Shown here: positions 1 through 13,039 of the stretch, piece after piece
Numbering within the stretch: position 1 is the first letter of the stretch
How the letters are laid out: every line of letters begins with the position of its first letter
Assembly (NCBI GenBank): GCA_028534125.1
Contig: CM052817.1
Location: forward strand, 103,976,001-104,040,000
DNA: 64,000 nt
Direction of reading: 5' to 3'
From: Lama glama
Lineage: Eukaryota
Translations under genes and position numbers: made by a program
Notes under the pieces: model-generated
The model's database searches: none
Seen by the model: only the letters and a program-made list of their open reading frames with translations
Told to the model about the DNA's origin: nothing

Positions 1-1931
1 CTCCAGTAATCATCACAAAATCATCACAGTAATCAATTCATTTATTCTTATCACTTAAATGTATGTTTCCAGTATCAACTAATCTCTATTTAACTAATGA
101 TGTTACTTTTTAAGGAAAAGGGGAAAATGCCTTTATCTTTCTCTTGGTTGAGTATTTGACTTCAATGATTTACTGCCTCAGTCTTGCTTCACCAAAGATA
201 AATGAAATCTCCATATTACATGCTTTTACAATGCATGACAGTGTATACAGAGCTAAATTGTAGCCACCAATATTAAGTCCTTGAGTGGATCTTAATAAAC
301 CATTAATCTCTTTCTCACTTCTGTGTTATTTATCAACTTTATATCAAGGGACAAGGAAAAATTATCCAAACATTGTTTAGTACAATCATCATTAATAGTT
401 AACACTTATCCAGAGGGGCTTTTAACCTTTTTCTCTCCCAAGGGCTATTCTAATATCAGAGTAGAATAAAAAACATCTGTAGTGACCCTTACCTCTTCCA
501 GACTCTAGATTTATCCCATCAATTAGCTCTCTCTCTACCACTGAGGAGGCGAACAGCTGGTTGTGGGAGTCTGCAGCCACAGTAGAAGAGCAGCAGGAAA
601 GGAACACCACTTCCAGAACATTCCTTCCAAATTCCTATTTTATCATTTAAAATATTTGACATGATTAGTGACCTGCCTTTCATTACTTTCCATGTCTTCT
701 CTTGGAACTCTTTGTTGACATGCAGTTACAGTATTTCCATTAAGGACCAATAAGTCTCATCTTTTATCATATTTTTACAACTTTCAGAATAGTATCTGCT
801 TTTAAAAATGGATTCTGAAGCATATGCTGCGTGTCATGTGGAGCGTTAACAAATCCTGGCCCAATGGTGACATTTCAAACCTAATCAGCACCACCATTCT
901 TTACTTGCACAAATAACCATGAATGAAAGGGGATTTGAGAATGGTCTTCTCACATCTAATACAAGTTTCAAATTGATTTACCTTTTAATCATCTTTTTTC
1001 CCCTGGCTGATTCCTTATTAAGAGAAATAAACTATCCAGGATTCACTGAAGAATCAAATAGCCCCTTGTTAATCATTCAGGGAAATGTTGCAGGCTTAGG
1101 CAATTTTCGATGTAGATATTGAACCTACTACTTGCTCTAAGCAAACTTTGAAATACAGATAAGACCCTGTGAGTCAGCATCACGAGCTGAAAGGATGGTT
1201 AAACTGCCAAATCAAGAATGATGATTTTTTTACCCACTTGCTAACCAATGAGGAAAAGCTCCGGATAGAGTGGAACCTGAGTAAATAAGACTTATTTGTT
1301 TCAGCAGAAAATAATTCACCATCTAGTTAGTTTTAGACTAGATAAATCTAGTTTTGTGGTTTATTGCCTAAGTCATTTTCTTCTTCACTACAAAGCCTCA
1401 TGTTAAAAGAACTGACTTTGGAGGGTTGGTGGCCTTTGGTAAATTGCCTGTAATTCTGGCAGTTTGAGCTGAGTATTGATTTCTCTATTCCTCTTTTAAG
1501 AACATTTTGTTTATTAGTTTTTTCAAAAAAAAAAAACCTTTGGACTAGATCTAATTTGCCTGTTTTCTTCTTTCTTATCATGGTGTTAGGGATTTGGCTC
1601 GCTTCTGTGAATAAGTTGGAACACCTTCAGAAATTGTGTGATTGAAAATACCACCAATGGAGTTTCATTAAATTTCAGTTTCTGTGACTAGTGAAACATA
1701 TACATCTGTCTCACTGAGATTATTCTACTGTAGTTAAGTTATAGTAACAGCTCTGTTTATGATCAATAACTGGAATATTTGCTAAGGTTTTGTACATGTT
1801 GGAAGTTAATTTTCTTTCTTAGGAGGCCATATTCTCTCTTTCAACTAAACAAATGAATTGTATGTCTCAGCATAGATGGTTTACCATTTTCTAGTTGTCC
1901 TGTAATAGGAATTCTAGAAAAGCAGTAACTT

Positions 1932-3318
1932 GAGGTGGTATCAAGATGGCAGAGTAGGAAGACCCTGGGCTTACCTCTTCCTATGAACATGCCAAAATAC
2001 CAACTACATATGGAACAACTCTTTCTGAGAACAAACTGAAATCTAGCAGAATGGATCATGTATAGTTAAGGATATAAAACAAAAGCCACACCCAGATGAG
2101 TGAGAGGGGAAGAGAAGTGAAATAGTCAGTACCCACACCCCTGGCGGGCTACCCAGAAGCAGAAGGGAACGTCAGAAACTCAGAAGTCCTCCTTAAGGAG
2201 TGAGTAGTTTGAGTCCCACATTGGACGCCCCAAGCCCCGGGGGCCAGCCGCAGGAGGATGAGCCTCTTTCACTGGTTTTGAAGACCAGCAAGGCTTATAA
2301 CTGAGAGAGCCAGGGGCTGTGGGAAATTGAGGCTCTGCTTTTAAAGGACATGTTGCAGAAACTTACTCACTCTCAGTCTCAATACAGAGGCAGCAGAATG
2401 AAAAGTGCCTGGTGCTCTAGCTGGCCTGCCAAGACCATCCCAGAACATCTCTTAGCCTGCACAGGGCTCAGCTCCAATCCTCCCACCCCCTGCTAAGGTG
2501 GCAGCTCTGACGAGCCCCAGGAACAGCCCTAGCTTCTGCAACTCCAGCTCCACTCCCTGCGAAGGTAGTAGCTGCCAGTGTGCTCTGGGAGAAGCACAGA
2601 CCTGTGTCAGGCTCCAGCTCCATCCGCCATTACCTGTTCCAGCTCACCCTCACCGAGGTAGTGGACCAGCACTTCCCAGAAAAAGCCAGCCTGCATTCAC
2701 TTCAGATCCAGCTCTCCCACCAAAGCCAGTGGGTACATACAGACTGCATAGAGACACTCCTATATAAGGACACGCTTTCAAGAATGAGCTAGGGAACTGT
2801 TTTACATAATTTCATAGAGACAGAAAAAGAGATAGTCAAACAAAATGAGAAGACAGCCACCAAATATGTTCCAAACAAAAGAACATAATAAAACCTCAGA
2901 AACAAACAGAGAAACTTAAGGAAATGGAGATTAGTAATTTACCTAATAAAGAGTTTGAAGCAATGATCATAAAAATGCTTACTAAACCAGGGAAAGGAAT
3001 AGGGGAACACAGTGAGGACCTCAACAAAGAATTAGAAAATATTAAGAAAAAAAGAACCAATTTAAAGCAGGATAATGCAATAACTGAAATGAAGAATACA
3101 CTAGAAGAAATCAATAGCAGATTAGGTGATACAGAAGAATGCATAAATGATGTGGAAGTGAAAATCCCTCAATCAGAACAGCAAAAAACAAAAAAAATGA
3201 GGCTAGTGTAAGAGACTTCTGGGATAAGATCAAGGGTACTAACATTTGCCTTATAGAGGCCCCAGAAGAAGAGAGAGAAGATAAGAAAACATATTTGATG
3301 AAACAGTGCGTGAATCTT
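1932..3318 (+). mobile_element. LINE-1 5' UTR plus N-terminal part of ORF1, 3'-truncated and degenerate
   Basis: Starts with the L1-type CAAGATGGC (YY1 core) at 1942, followed by a GC-rich UTR with ~60-bp degenerate repeats (2460-2730). ORF 2924-3211 (MEISNLPNKEFEAMIIKML...ITEMKNTLEEINSRL) is typical of the L1 ORF1p coiled coil. Confidence 0.88.
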
Positions 3319-3321
3319 ATC

Positions 3322-3496
3322 TACACTAGAGCTCTGGCTCCAACCCCACCACCAAGGCAGTGGCCCCAAGCGTGCAGTGCAAGAGGCCTCAGCTCCTGCT
3401 GGGCCCCGCCTCTAGCCAGACCAGCTCCCACCCACCTCCACCGAGGCAGCAGTTTCCACCACTCCCCAGGAGAAGCCCTGGCCTGTGCTGGCTCAG
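3322..3496 (+). mobile_element. Displaced L1 5'-UTR repeat units
   Basis: CCAGCTCCCACCCACCTCCACCGAGGCAGCAG...CCCAGGAGAAGCCCTGGCCTGTG resembles the repeat units at 2540-2700. Confidence 0.65.
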
Positions 3497-3569
3497 TGAA
3501 ATTCATGGATTTAATACTGCAGCTTTAACATAGGTCTCAAAACTTGTTTTCAAAGTTTTTACTACTACT

Positions 3570-3955
3570 TTTATCTCTTTAGAAGTAATTTGACTATTAG
3601 GTCCTTTTGTCTTCCATATACATTTTAAAATCATTTTGTTGAGTTTTAAGAAGAATTCTGCTAAGATTTTGATAGAAATTTAATTTGGGGTAAATTTTGG
3701 AAAACTTGATATTGCTGTCACTTTTAGTGTTATATACACAAATATGGTATATCCTGTCTTTTTTCCTTGTTTGATAAGATTTTTTTTTAAAAAATTGATG
3801 AGTCTTCAATTGTATCAAATGCTTTTTCTGCCCTTTCTGGTTTTATTGTGGTAGTTATATGATTGGCCCCTTTAGTTAATTGATGTAATGAATTACATTT
3901 ATGGATTTTTATAACTACTGGAAAAACCTTAAATTTCTGGGATAAACGCAACATG
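3570..3955 (-). mobile_element. Old L1 (L1M) ORF2 fragments
   Basis: Antisense L1 ORF2 motifs: ttccatatacattttaaaatc, tcaaatgctttttctg, ttctgggataaac. Confidence 0.6.
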
Positions 3956-3957
3956 AT

Positions 3958-4622
3958 ATTTATTCAACAGATATTTATATGTCTATTATGTTATAGATAC
4001 TTTAGGAATAGACTAGAGAACCAAACAGGCAGAAAGACCTGTCACTATGGAAGTTACATTCTAGAATTTGCAGACAGACAATAAACAAATAGACATGTAT
4101 ATTTATAGTTCATGAAGGATGATAAGTAAAATGGAAAATACTAAAGCAGGAGAGATATTGGAAGTGTAAGACTGTAATTTAAAATAGGATGGTCAGGAAG
4201 GCTTCCCAGAGAACAGACGTCTGAGAATAGATTTGAAGGACATGAGAAATCAACTACTATGTTTATCTGGGAGAGAAATCTTCCAGGCAGAAGCAGTTAT
4301 AAAGGCAAACGCCCTGAAGTAGGAGCATCTTGCAGTTTTTATTGAACAGCAAGGAGGCCAGAATGACAGTGGCAAAATCAGCCAACGGGGAGATTAGAAG
4401 ATTAGGTCAGACAATAGTTGGATACCAGTTAGGGGTCATTTCTCAGGCCAATGAAAGGATTTTACTTTTACTATAAATACTGTGAGAAACCATGAGAGAT
4501 TTGGGGGCAAGAGAAGTGGCACAATCTGTTACATGTTTTCATTGAACACTCTAGCTGTGTATTACGAATCAGTTGTAGGGATTCAGAGCAGAAGCAGAGG
4601 GACCATTGAGGAAGCTACTGCA
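3958..4622 (-). mobile_element. L2 LINE 3' portion
   Basis: L2 antisense motifs: ttattcaacagatattta, ggtcaggaaggcttc, ttccaggcagaag, aacagcaaggaggccag, ggaagctactgcaa. Confidence 0.8.
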
Positions 4623-4765
4623 AAAAAATAAAATAAAATAAAATAAAATAAAATAAAGTAAAGTAAAGTAAAGTAAAGTAAAGTAAAGTAAAGTAAAGTA
4701 AAATAAATATAAAAAAGACCAGATCACCAAAAAAATAAAAAAATAAATAAATAAAATAAAAATAA
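4622..4765. repeat. Compound microsatellite (AAAAT)n(AAAGT)n and A-rich tract
   Basis: Pentamer repeats are directly visible. Confidence 0.95.
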
Positions 4766-4769
4766 CAGG

Positions 4770-5075
4770 CCCAAACTGAAGTATGGAGAAATAGAAAATC
4801 TGAATGTTACCTTCTCATCTTGAATCAGTAGGTTAAAACTCCCCATCTCCAACTAAAAAAGAAAAACTAAAACCGAAACAGCTCAGACAATTTCACTGAA
4901 GAGTTCTAGCCTGTAAAGAGTAGTTAATTTTACCCTCATAGAAATTCTTCCAGAGGCCAGATAATGGGGCACACTCTCCACTAATTTTATGATAGTAGTA
5001 TAATCTGCCCATTAAAGTTAGATAAAAATAGTACCATAAAAGAAAATAAAAGGCATATCCCCTTCAAGAAATAAA
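4770..5075 (+). mobile_element. Old L1 ORF2 fragment
   Basis: L1 ORF2-like motifs: gaaatagaaaatctgaat, cagacaatttcactgaagagttcta, aaattcttccagag, aattttatga. Confidence 0.6.
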
Positions 5076-5339
5076 ACCCCAAGTCATTAGAAAATGGTAA
5101 TGAATAAAAAAGCTTGGACATTATTAAAGACTTTGCAAACTTGAGAGAAATTCTAACCTTCCCTGCACTACCACCACCAGCCTTTTCTTCAAATAAATGG
5201 CAAATCTTTCTAGCAAGTTACTGAGGTTTCTACTGCCTGTTTCATCAAATAACATTCAGAATTAACCCACTTCACATCACCTCCACTATATAATCATTCT
5301 AGTTCAAACAATTCTATTATTTTCATTTTTAAAAGTTTG

Positions 5340-5520
5340 TGTATTATAGTAACCTATAATGAAAAAGAATCTGAGAAGGAATATACATATGTGTATGTAT
5401 GACTGAGACATGATGCTGTCTGTGCACCAGAAATTGACAAAATACTGTAAACTGACTATACTTAAATAAACTGAATTCATGATCCAAAAATATATATTCA
5501 AATACAAAAAATAATTTTTA
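5340..5520 (+). mobile_element. Short young L1 3' end
   Basis: gtaacctataatgaaaaagaat...ccagaaattgac...tgtaaactgactatactt is the reverse complement of the L1 tail seen at 6879 and 42241. Confidence 0.85.
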
Positions 5521-5593
5521 AATGTTAAAAAAAGGTTTCTGTAGTTCTTTCTCATATCTTTCTGGGCATTTTTTTTGTATTCTAATAGTACTC

Positions 5594-6015
5594 AGAGTTT
5601 GATCAGGAACAGAAACCATACTACATATTCCAGTAATATGGCTTCATATTAATTAGGGGCTGATACTATTGGAAGAGCTGGGAGGCAGTGAAGACATCAG
5701 GAAAGCAGCTAGAGAAGATTAGAGTAGCTCTGTTTTATATCAGAGATTTTAGTCTGAAAGACCAGAGAGTGGGTCCAAAATCCAGAGCTTATGGAATTTC
5801 TAGCATCTGTAAATCCTAGCTAGACTGACAGTGGGGGCTCATGAAGTGGTCTGCAAGTCATCACATCCACCCAGCCTGCCATGGCTAATCCCAAACATCC
5901 TGAATAGGAATTCCTCCTCTTCACTTTCCCTCCCAACTTTCATGAGAGTCTTCATTAGCAAACTCAAATCTGCAAGGATGTACATGGAAGGAGACTTTGG
6001 TCAACACAGTTCCCA
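5594..6015 (-). mobile_element. Degenerate ERVL/MaLR-type LTR
   Basis: cagagtttgatcaggaacagaaacca at one end and ggaaggagactttggtcaacacagttcc at the other resemble old ERVL LTR termini. Confidence 0.4.
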
Positions 6016-6221
6016 GAATTAAACAAGAGCAGAGATGGTGCAGTGACTGTTCAACACGGTTTTCTTGTCCTTTACTCATAATTTTGATTCCTTTTTTAAA
6101 AAATTTCAACCACATGAACATATTATTTTATAATCTATATCCAATAATACAGACATTTGCAGTCTTTTCAGGTTTGAGTCCACTGCTCATGTTTCTGCTA
6201 ACTCTTACTGCCTTGTATTAA

Positions 6222-6724
6222 TGTTACTGAGGCCAAGCTCATACTCCTTGTAGCATGACAAGCAAGTAAATTGAAAGATGAGTTGTTGGGGCAAGGAATA
6301 GCAACTTTATTTGGAAAGCCAGCAGACCAAGAAGATGGTGGACTAGTATCCCAAAGAGCCGTCTTCCCCAAGTTAGCATTCAGGCTTCTTTTTCTAAAAG
6401 GGGAGGGGGTGTTGCAAACTTCTAGGTACAGGAATCCTTTGTTCTTGCAGCTGTCCATGTAAGTCTGGTCGCAAAGTTCCTATAAGTCTCAAACAAGATA
6501 GGTGCTATTTTCTGTTTGGCAACATTTTATCTCTATATGAATGGAAAAGTGTTATACCTTTAAAAGTCAAACCTTTGGTAATGGGCTGTCCTATATATTT
6601 CAGGCTCTAGACAACATTCTTTTACAAAAGGCACAGAACCAGCATGACTGAGCACAGACAGCAGAGCACAGGGTTAGAGCTAAAGGACCAATCTAATACG
6701 GAGTCAGGTTTGTTCTCTGTTACA
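6222..6724 (-). mobile_element. ERV1 solo LTR (503 bp)
   Basis: TGTTAC...GTTACA termini, exact 4-bp TSD TTAA (6218-6221 and 6725-6728), and a reverse polyA signal TTTATT near 6306. Confidence 0.9.
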
Positions 6725-6878
6725 TTAACATGTGTTTTATGATTTTTGTCTTAGAGAATCATGGTCTTTGAGATGTTATATATAGGTTTCTTGGAGACCT
6801 GGTTCAATGTGGGCATTCATCCAGAGAGAATTTAATTCTAACAGACACTTGGATGATTACCAACCTGAGACCTCTTTG

Positions 6879-7151
6879 TTTTTTTCATTGAAGTATAGTC
6901 AGTTGCAATGTGTCAGTTTCTGGTGTACAGCACAATGTCCCAGTCATGCATATACATACATACGTATATTCATTTTCATATTTTTTCATTAAAATTTATT
7001 GTAAGATATTGTATATAGTTCCCTCTGCTACACAGAAGAAACTTTTTTTTTTTAAATCTATTTTATATATAGTGGCTGATGTGCAAATCTCAAGCTGATA
7101 AATTCATCCCTTCCCACGCCCTTTCCCTGATAACCATGAGTGTTTACTATG
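6879..7151 (-). mobile_element. 5'-truncated young L1 3' end
   Basis: Poly-T followed by attgaagtatagtcag; exact 14-bp TSD CTGAGACCTCTTTG (6865-6878 and 7152-7165). Confidence 0.93.
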
Positions 7152-7459
7152 CTGAGACCTCTTTGAAATGAAGTCTCAGCTTGCAGATTTGGGCAAGGTA
7201 CACGTAGTGTGAGTTCAGGCTGAAACCTGTTTGAGAACTGAATTCTGGTTAGAAATGCACAGGACCATTTATCCCTCCGCAGATAGCTGAGACCACAGGA
7301 AAACTTCCTACTGGCTCTCTTGCAGAGTTTATTTTTTATTTCTACTTCACACTTTCACTGAGTGCATATAGTGCTTATGTGAGGATCTCAAAACCAGTTC
7401 TGTGCTCTGCATGAACCCTGGCTTTGTCCCCCCTGCCCCCGCCTCCTGTATCCCATGTG

Positions 7460-7842
7460 ACTCAGGTGACAGCTGTTGCTGCTGTCATCTTGAAGTTTGA
7501 CTGGGGATGGGTCCTCTTCCAAGTTCACTCATGCGATGCTTGGTTAGATTTAGTTCCTCTCAAGTTGTTGGACAGAGGTAGTCTCATTCCTTGCCACGTG
7601 GACCTTTCCATTGGGCAGCTCACAAGGGAGCAGCTGACTTCATCCAAGTGGGAGGAAGTGGGGGAGGAAGGGAAATCACAATATTTTATAACCTAATTTT
7701 GGAAGTGACATCTCATTACTTTTGTTATATTCTACTCAATAAAAGTAAGTCACCAGGTCCAGGCCACACTCAGGAGGAAGGGACTACGTAAGGGCATGAG
7801 TACCAGGAGATAGAGATCATTGGGAGATAGTTTAGAAGCAGC
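7460..7842 (-). mobile_element. MaLR MLT1-family LTR (partial)
   Basis: MLT1-like motifs: ttccttgccacgtggacctttccattgggcagctcaca, ggaagtgacatctcattacttttg, ggccacactcaggaggaaggga. Confidence 0.8.
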
Positions 7843-8679
7843 AATGACATCTTACCCAGAATATATCTTACTCAGATCTCATTCATGATCTTTTGTGGTC
7901 ACTCTAACAGGAAATTACTCTCCTACATCTCCTGTCTTTCAAATTTTCTCTAACTCTCAGCATAGACCTCTGTGTTAGAGATCTGTGACTGTCTTGATTT
8001 TTCATGAATATTGCACTGTAATATTCACATCATTTCATCCCACCAAATCTTACAGCTCATTCAATATTGAACATACATGTGGCTCTGAATGAATATTTCT
8101 TAAATTGCTGAATTGAATTAGTATCATACCTCCCTTATTTCTCAGCTAACAGGAAGAAGAACTGATCATGTCTTTATGATAGTGACTGGTTCTATTGAAA
8201 AGTTTCTTTTGTCCATTTTATTATTTTAGACTCAAATACAAATATTTAAGGCTAAAATAAATTCTCAAGATTTTGTTTGAACAGTAGCCCTCGGTTTATA
8301 TATCTAAGCCTTGTTTTCATATGCAAATTTCCTCTTGAAATGGACAACCATTAGAAGAAGTTCATCAATCCTTTTTTCTTTTCTAAACTATAAAAATAAA
8401 TATTTAATTTGCAAATATAAAAGAACTAACCAGAAAGTCAAAGGGTTGGGTGGGTTGTGATATCAGCTGGTACCACATAACACAGTACTGATAACATGGA
8501 CCCAAGAACTCTGTGGGTTTGAATCTCAGAGGCAATACGTGAGCACTTATGTGTTTCAAGAATGGACCTAAGTAAGTGGTTTAAGGCTGTCTTAGCTATT
8601 ACAGTTCTTAGTTGGAAATGTCATTGGTTTCTGATTATAACAATATTAATGTTAATAACCGCAGCTGCTAGTTTTATTT

Positions 8680-9250
8680 TAATAGTGATTTATGGGTTTT
8701 CAATGCCATTTCATTCATCTCATTTGATCCTTAGTAACAATTTGAGTTGGGCAAGATAGCAAATGCTATGGTCCATGATATCTCATCTTTATTTATGTTT
8801 AATGTTGCAAGAATAAGTTAACATGAGATCTACCCTCTTAACATATGTTTAAGTATGTAGTACAGTCTTGTTATCTGTAGGCAGAATGCAGTCCGGCAGA
8901 TCTCTAGAACTTATTCATGTTGTTTAACTGAAATTTTTAAAGCATTGATTAGTAATGTCCCCTAAGACCCCCTTTCCCCTTCTCTCCTGGAACCAGCACT
9001 CCACTCTCTGTTTCTGTGAGCTTGACTATTTTAGATCCCTTATGTAAGTGGAATCATGCAGGAATTGTCCTTCTGTGACTGGCTCGTTTTGCTTAGCGTA
9101 GTATCCTCAAATTTTATACATGGTGTCACATATGGCAGGATCTCCTTTCTGTTTGAGGCTGAATGCTATTCCATTGAGGGATCTGAAGTTATGAGAGGTT
9201 AAGAGACTTCATGGCCAAGTGTCCGGGGTAGACTGGATCAGATTTGTATC
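8680..9250 (-). mobile_element. MIR split by an L1 insertion (pieces ~8680-8780 and ~9177-9250)
   Basis: atctcatttgatccttagtaacaa on the left and gagggatctgaagttatgagaggttaagagactt on the right. Confidence 0.55.
8788..9176 (-). mobile_element. L1MA/L1MB-type 3' end
   Basis: aacatgagatctaccctcttaac, cagatctctagaacttattcat, gtaagtggaatcatgcag. Confidence 0.85.
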
Positions 9251-9329
9251 TTTCATGAATGACCCGTGTGATGAGAGTTTCATGACCCCTTTAGCACTCT
9301 CTTCTAAAAATGAGGCATCCACTTACTTG

Positions 9330-9790
9330 ACTTATTCATTCATTTCGTGCTTTTTGGCATTTACTGCATATTTTAGGCACTGTGTTGACTATATGTAGAA
9401 GTGAACAGAACAGGGATGGTCCCTGCCTTCACAGAAAAACAGTCTCTTGGCAGAAACAGAAGTTAAACGTGAAATCTTCTAATGATTTTAAAATTATAAC
9501 TATGATGAGTATGACCACATGGCGGCTCCCAGTTTAATTGGAGAAGAGGAGACAGTTATGGAAGGCTTCCTTGAGTCACTGCTGTTTAAACTGAATTATG
9601 ATCGATGATTAGTAATTTGCTAGGGAGAAATAGTCCAGGCAAGGAAGAGCAGGTATCAAGGCCTGATGTGGGAAGAGTTTGTCTTGGTAGGTGTCTGAGG
9701 GGCTGGAGCAGAGTGAGGGTGGGGAATGTGCTATTAAATGAGGCAGGTTACAGACAATTGAGAGTCTAGGCAGGGACTGAAAGCATGATT
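9330..9790 (-). mobile_element. L2 fragment
   Basis: ttattcattcattt, aggcactgtgttg, ggtccctgccttcacag, ggaaggcttccttgag. Confidence 0.7.
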
Positions 9791-9967
9791 CCATAAAATA
9801 CATATCTCCAACAAAATATATCTCTTTTAAAACTTAAACATGTACAGTGCTCATTTTTAACAACATTAAGTGCCTACTATTATCTCGCTACAGTCCTTAG
9901 CTACTTTGAATGAAACATATATTCTAAACTGGCAGAATTTCTTCTGTAAAGAATCCAAAAAGGGTGA

Positions 9968-11487
9968 TTTTTTTTATGTTTAACTTTACATTTTTATTTA
10001 AATTTAAAAAAATTGTTTATTTATTGATTGATTTTTTTATTGAAGTACAGTAAGTTATAATATGTCAATTTCTGGTATACAGCACAGTGTCCCAGTCATG
10101 CTTATGCATATATATATATATGTATTTGTTTTCATATTCTTTTTCATTAAAGGTTATTACAAGATATTGAGTATAGTTCCCTGTGCTGTACAGAGGAAAA
10201 AATTTTAAATCTATTTTTATATATCGTGGCTAACATTTGTAAATCGCAAACTGCCAAACTTATCCCTTCCCACCCCCTTTCTTCAGTAACCATAAGGTTG
10301 TTTACTATGTCTCCAAGTCTGTTTCTGTTTTGCAGATGAGTTCATAGTGTCCTTTTTTATTCTTTTTTTCTTTTTTAGATTCCACATATGAGTGATATAT
10401 GGCATTTTTCTTTTTCTTTCTGGCTTAGGTCACTTAGAATGATGATCCCTAGGTCCATCCATGTTGCTGCAAATGGCATTATTTTATTATTTTTATGGCT
10501 GAGTAGTATTCCACTGTATAAATATACCACGACTTCTTTATCCAGTCATCTGTTGATGGACATTTAGGTTGTTTCCATGTCTTGGCTATTGTATATAGTG
10601 CTGCTGTGAGCATTGGGCTGCATGTATCTTTTCAAATTAGAGTTCCCTTTGGATATATACCCGTAAGTGGGATTGCTGAATCATATGGTAAGTTTTTCTT
10701 TAGTTTTTTGAGGAATCTCCATACTGTTTTCCATAAAGGCTGCACCAAACTTCATTCCCACGAGCAGTGTAGGAGGGTTTCCTTTTCTGCACAGCCTCTC
10801 CAGCATTTATCATTAGTGGACTTCTGAATGATGACCATTCTCACTGGTGTGAAGTGATACCTCATTGTAGCTTTGATTAGCATTTTTTCTGATAATGATA
10901 TTGGGCATTTTTTCATGTGCCTATTGCCTATTTGTATGTCTTCATTGGAGAATTGCTTGTTTAGGTCTTCTGCCCATTTTTGGATTGGATTGTTTGTTGT
11001 TGTTGTCGAGTTGTATGAGCTGTTTATATATTCTGGAAGTTAAACTTTTGTCAGTCACATCATTTGCAAATATTTTCTCCCATTCTGCAGGTTGTTGTTT
11101 TATTTTGCTTATGGTTTCCTTTGCTGTGCAAAAGCTTGTAAGTTTAATTAAGTCCCATTTTAAAATTTTTGCTTTCATTTCTATTGCCTAAGTAGACTGC
11201 CCTAGGAGAACATTGCTAAGATGTATGTCAGAAAATATTTTGCCTATGTTTTCTTCTAGGAGGATTGTAGTGAGTGTCTTGTCTTATATTGTCAAAAGGT
11301 CTTTAAGCCATTTTGAATTTATTTTTGTGTATGGTATGTGAAGTGTTCTAACTTCATTGATTTATATGCTGCTGTTCAGTCTTCCCAACGCCACTTGCTG
11401 AAGAGATTGCATTTTCTTCGTTGCATATTCTTGCCTCCTTTGTCAAAGATTAATTGACTTTAAGTCTGTGGGTTTATTTCTGGGCTT
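9968..11487 (-). mobile_element. Young L1 3' ~1.5 kb (ORF2 C-terminus and 3' UTR)
   Basis: ORF 10942-11178 ([16 protein letters not shown]...WEKIFAN) is L1 ORF2p. T-rich tail on the left; degenerate TSD tccaaaa-ggg-tg at ~9954 and ~11488. Confidence 0.95.
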
Positions 11488-13039
11488 TCCAAAAGGGGGT
11501 GTTTGTAATAGAGTCATCTGAATATTTTATAAATTCCTTGGAATGATTTTTATTTATAGTACCTGGCAGAATTATAATTGGATATGAAATAATCATCATG
11601 TAGTTTCAAAATCTCTAATTGCTTACTGTATAAATATTTACTCAATAGCCTTATCAAATACTGAATAACTTATTTCAAGTTAATATTTAAATTAAAATAA
11701 AATAAAATCATAGAGTTACCCTTTATATTATGAATGAGATTTCCAAAGGAGCATGACAATTTATTCTGCTGTGGTTGTATATAAAATAATGATAATGAAT
11801 GGACAATTAATAATTTGACAAGTACAAAGCTGTGAAATAAATCAAAATTAGAATCAATTTTCCAGTATTAAAATTGGATTTAAGAGCAAGTCTGAAGTCC
11901 TCAGCAATGGGAAAATTTGCAAAATGATGGTAGCAGATCTCCTGTCTTAAATTGGATATATACTAACTCTCCACACCTCAGTCTCCTCACCAGAAGAAAG
12001 GAATGAATAAAAGTAGAGTGACTTTCCTCCTACCCTACAGATGATAAGATCCGAGTTTTCCATAAGTGTATGTATTGAGTTGAACTGCCTTGTTCTAATC
12101 TTGTGATGGTTTTTCATTTTTTAAAAGTATAAAGAATAATTAAATGCATATTAACTCTTTAAGTGTATGTGTGTGTGTGTGTATCTATATATGTAATTTC
12201 CAAAGATCAAATGTGGTTTTGTGGTTGACATTCACAGCATACACTTCTTTGCTCCCCACTCCTGCCATTCTGCCTTCTAAGTGTGTCTCTTTTCCTTCAA
12301 CTTTATCTCTGTAGGTCTCCCTCTGTCTGACTGTCTCTCACTCACTAACACACACACACATAGGACTTGGAAAGAACCCTCTTTTCTTTTCCTTAAAGCT
12401 TCTCCCAAACATCCTTAATGAAACCAGCCCTCATGAGCTCTTTTCCTTCTCAACCATTCCTCTTGTTGCCCCATTTTAATTCACAGCATTACACTCAAAA
12501 GGGGAAGTAAATACCCACATTCCTTCCTGTTGTCTTTGTCATTACATGATGTTTGTGGTCCCCATGGATGAGGAGCAGGACTCAGTATTTCTTTGCTTCT
12601 CTCTGAAATTCATCCCACTCACCACAAATACCCACTTCCTCCTCCTTCTATGTTTGAGAGTTTGTAACTGTCATTATTGTGACCAACATCTTAGCATCAG
12701 CATAACTGAACACTATTTCCCCGTTTCATATCCCAAACAAGTGCTGGCATCCCACTTGCTCAAAAGTTCAACCAAGTCCAGTGGTGGTTTCTGTATTGTC
12801 TACCCATGCTTGGTCTGTGGAATGGAAGGAGATTGGTTCCCCATCTGTAATAGTGATCTCATCTCTGTAATTGGAAAAAAAATAATTTGGTTAAAGATAC
12901 AAAGTGACTTGAGCCTGACTGAGAGTGGGGAGAGGAAATGACAGAGCAAGATCCTTGCTTGTTGGGGATCTAATTTGGTGAGCTGAGGTGTATTTTCCTC
13001 CCATGCCTGTCACATGGTCATGCGTTACCTATTAAAAAG

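Noticed and set aside
1321..1352. Small hairpin ACTAGAT-AA-ATCTAGT
   Set aside because: A 7-bp stem is expected by chance in AT-rich sequence.
2924..3211. ORF1p-like ORF as a domesticated gene (L1TD1-like)
   Set aside because: It is frameshifted from the ATG at 2845 and truncated; an ordinary decayed L1.
4622..4705. Regular short repeats as a CRISPR-like array
   Set aside because: Simple pentanucleotide microsatellite with no spacers, in mammalian DNA.
12546..12941. 131-aa ORF
   Set aside because: No recognisable motif; consistent with a random open frame.
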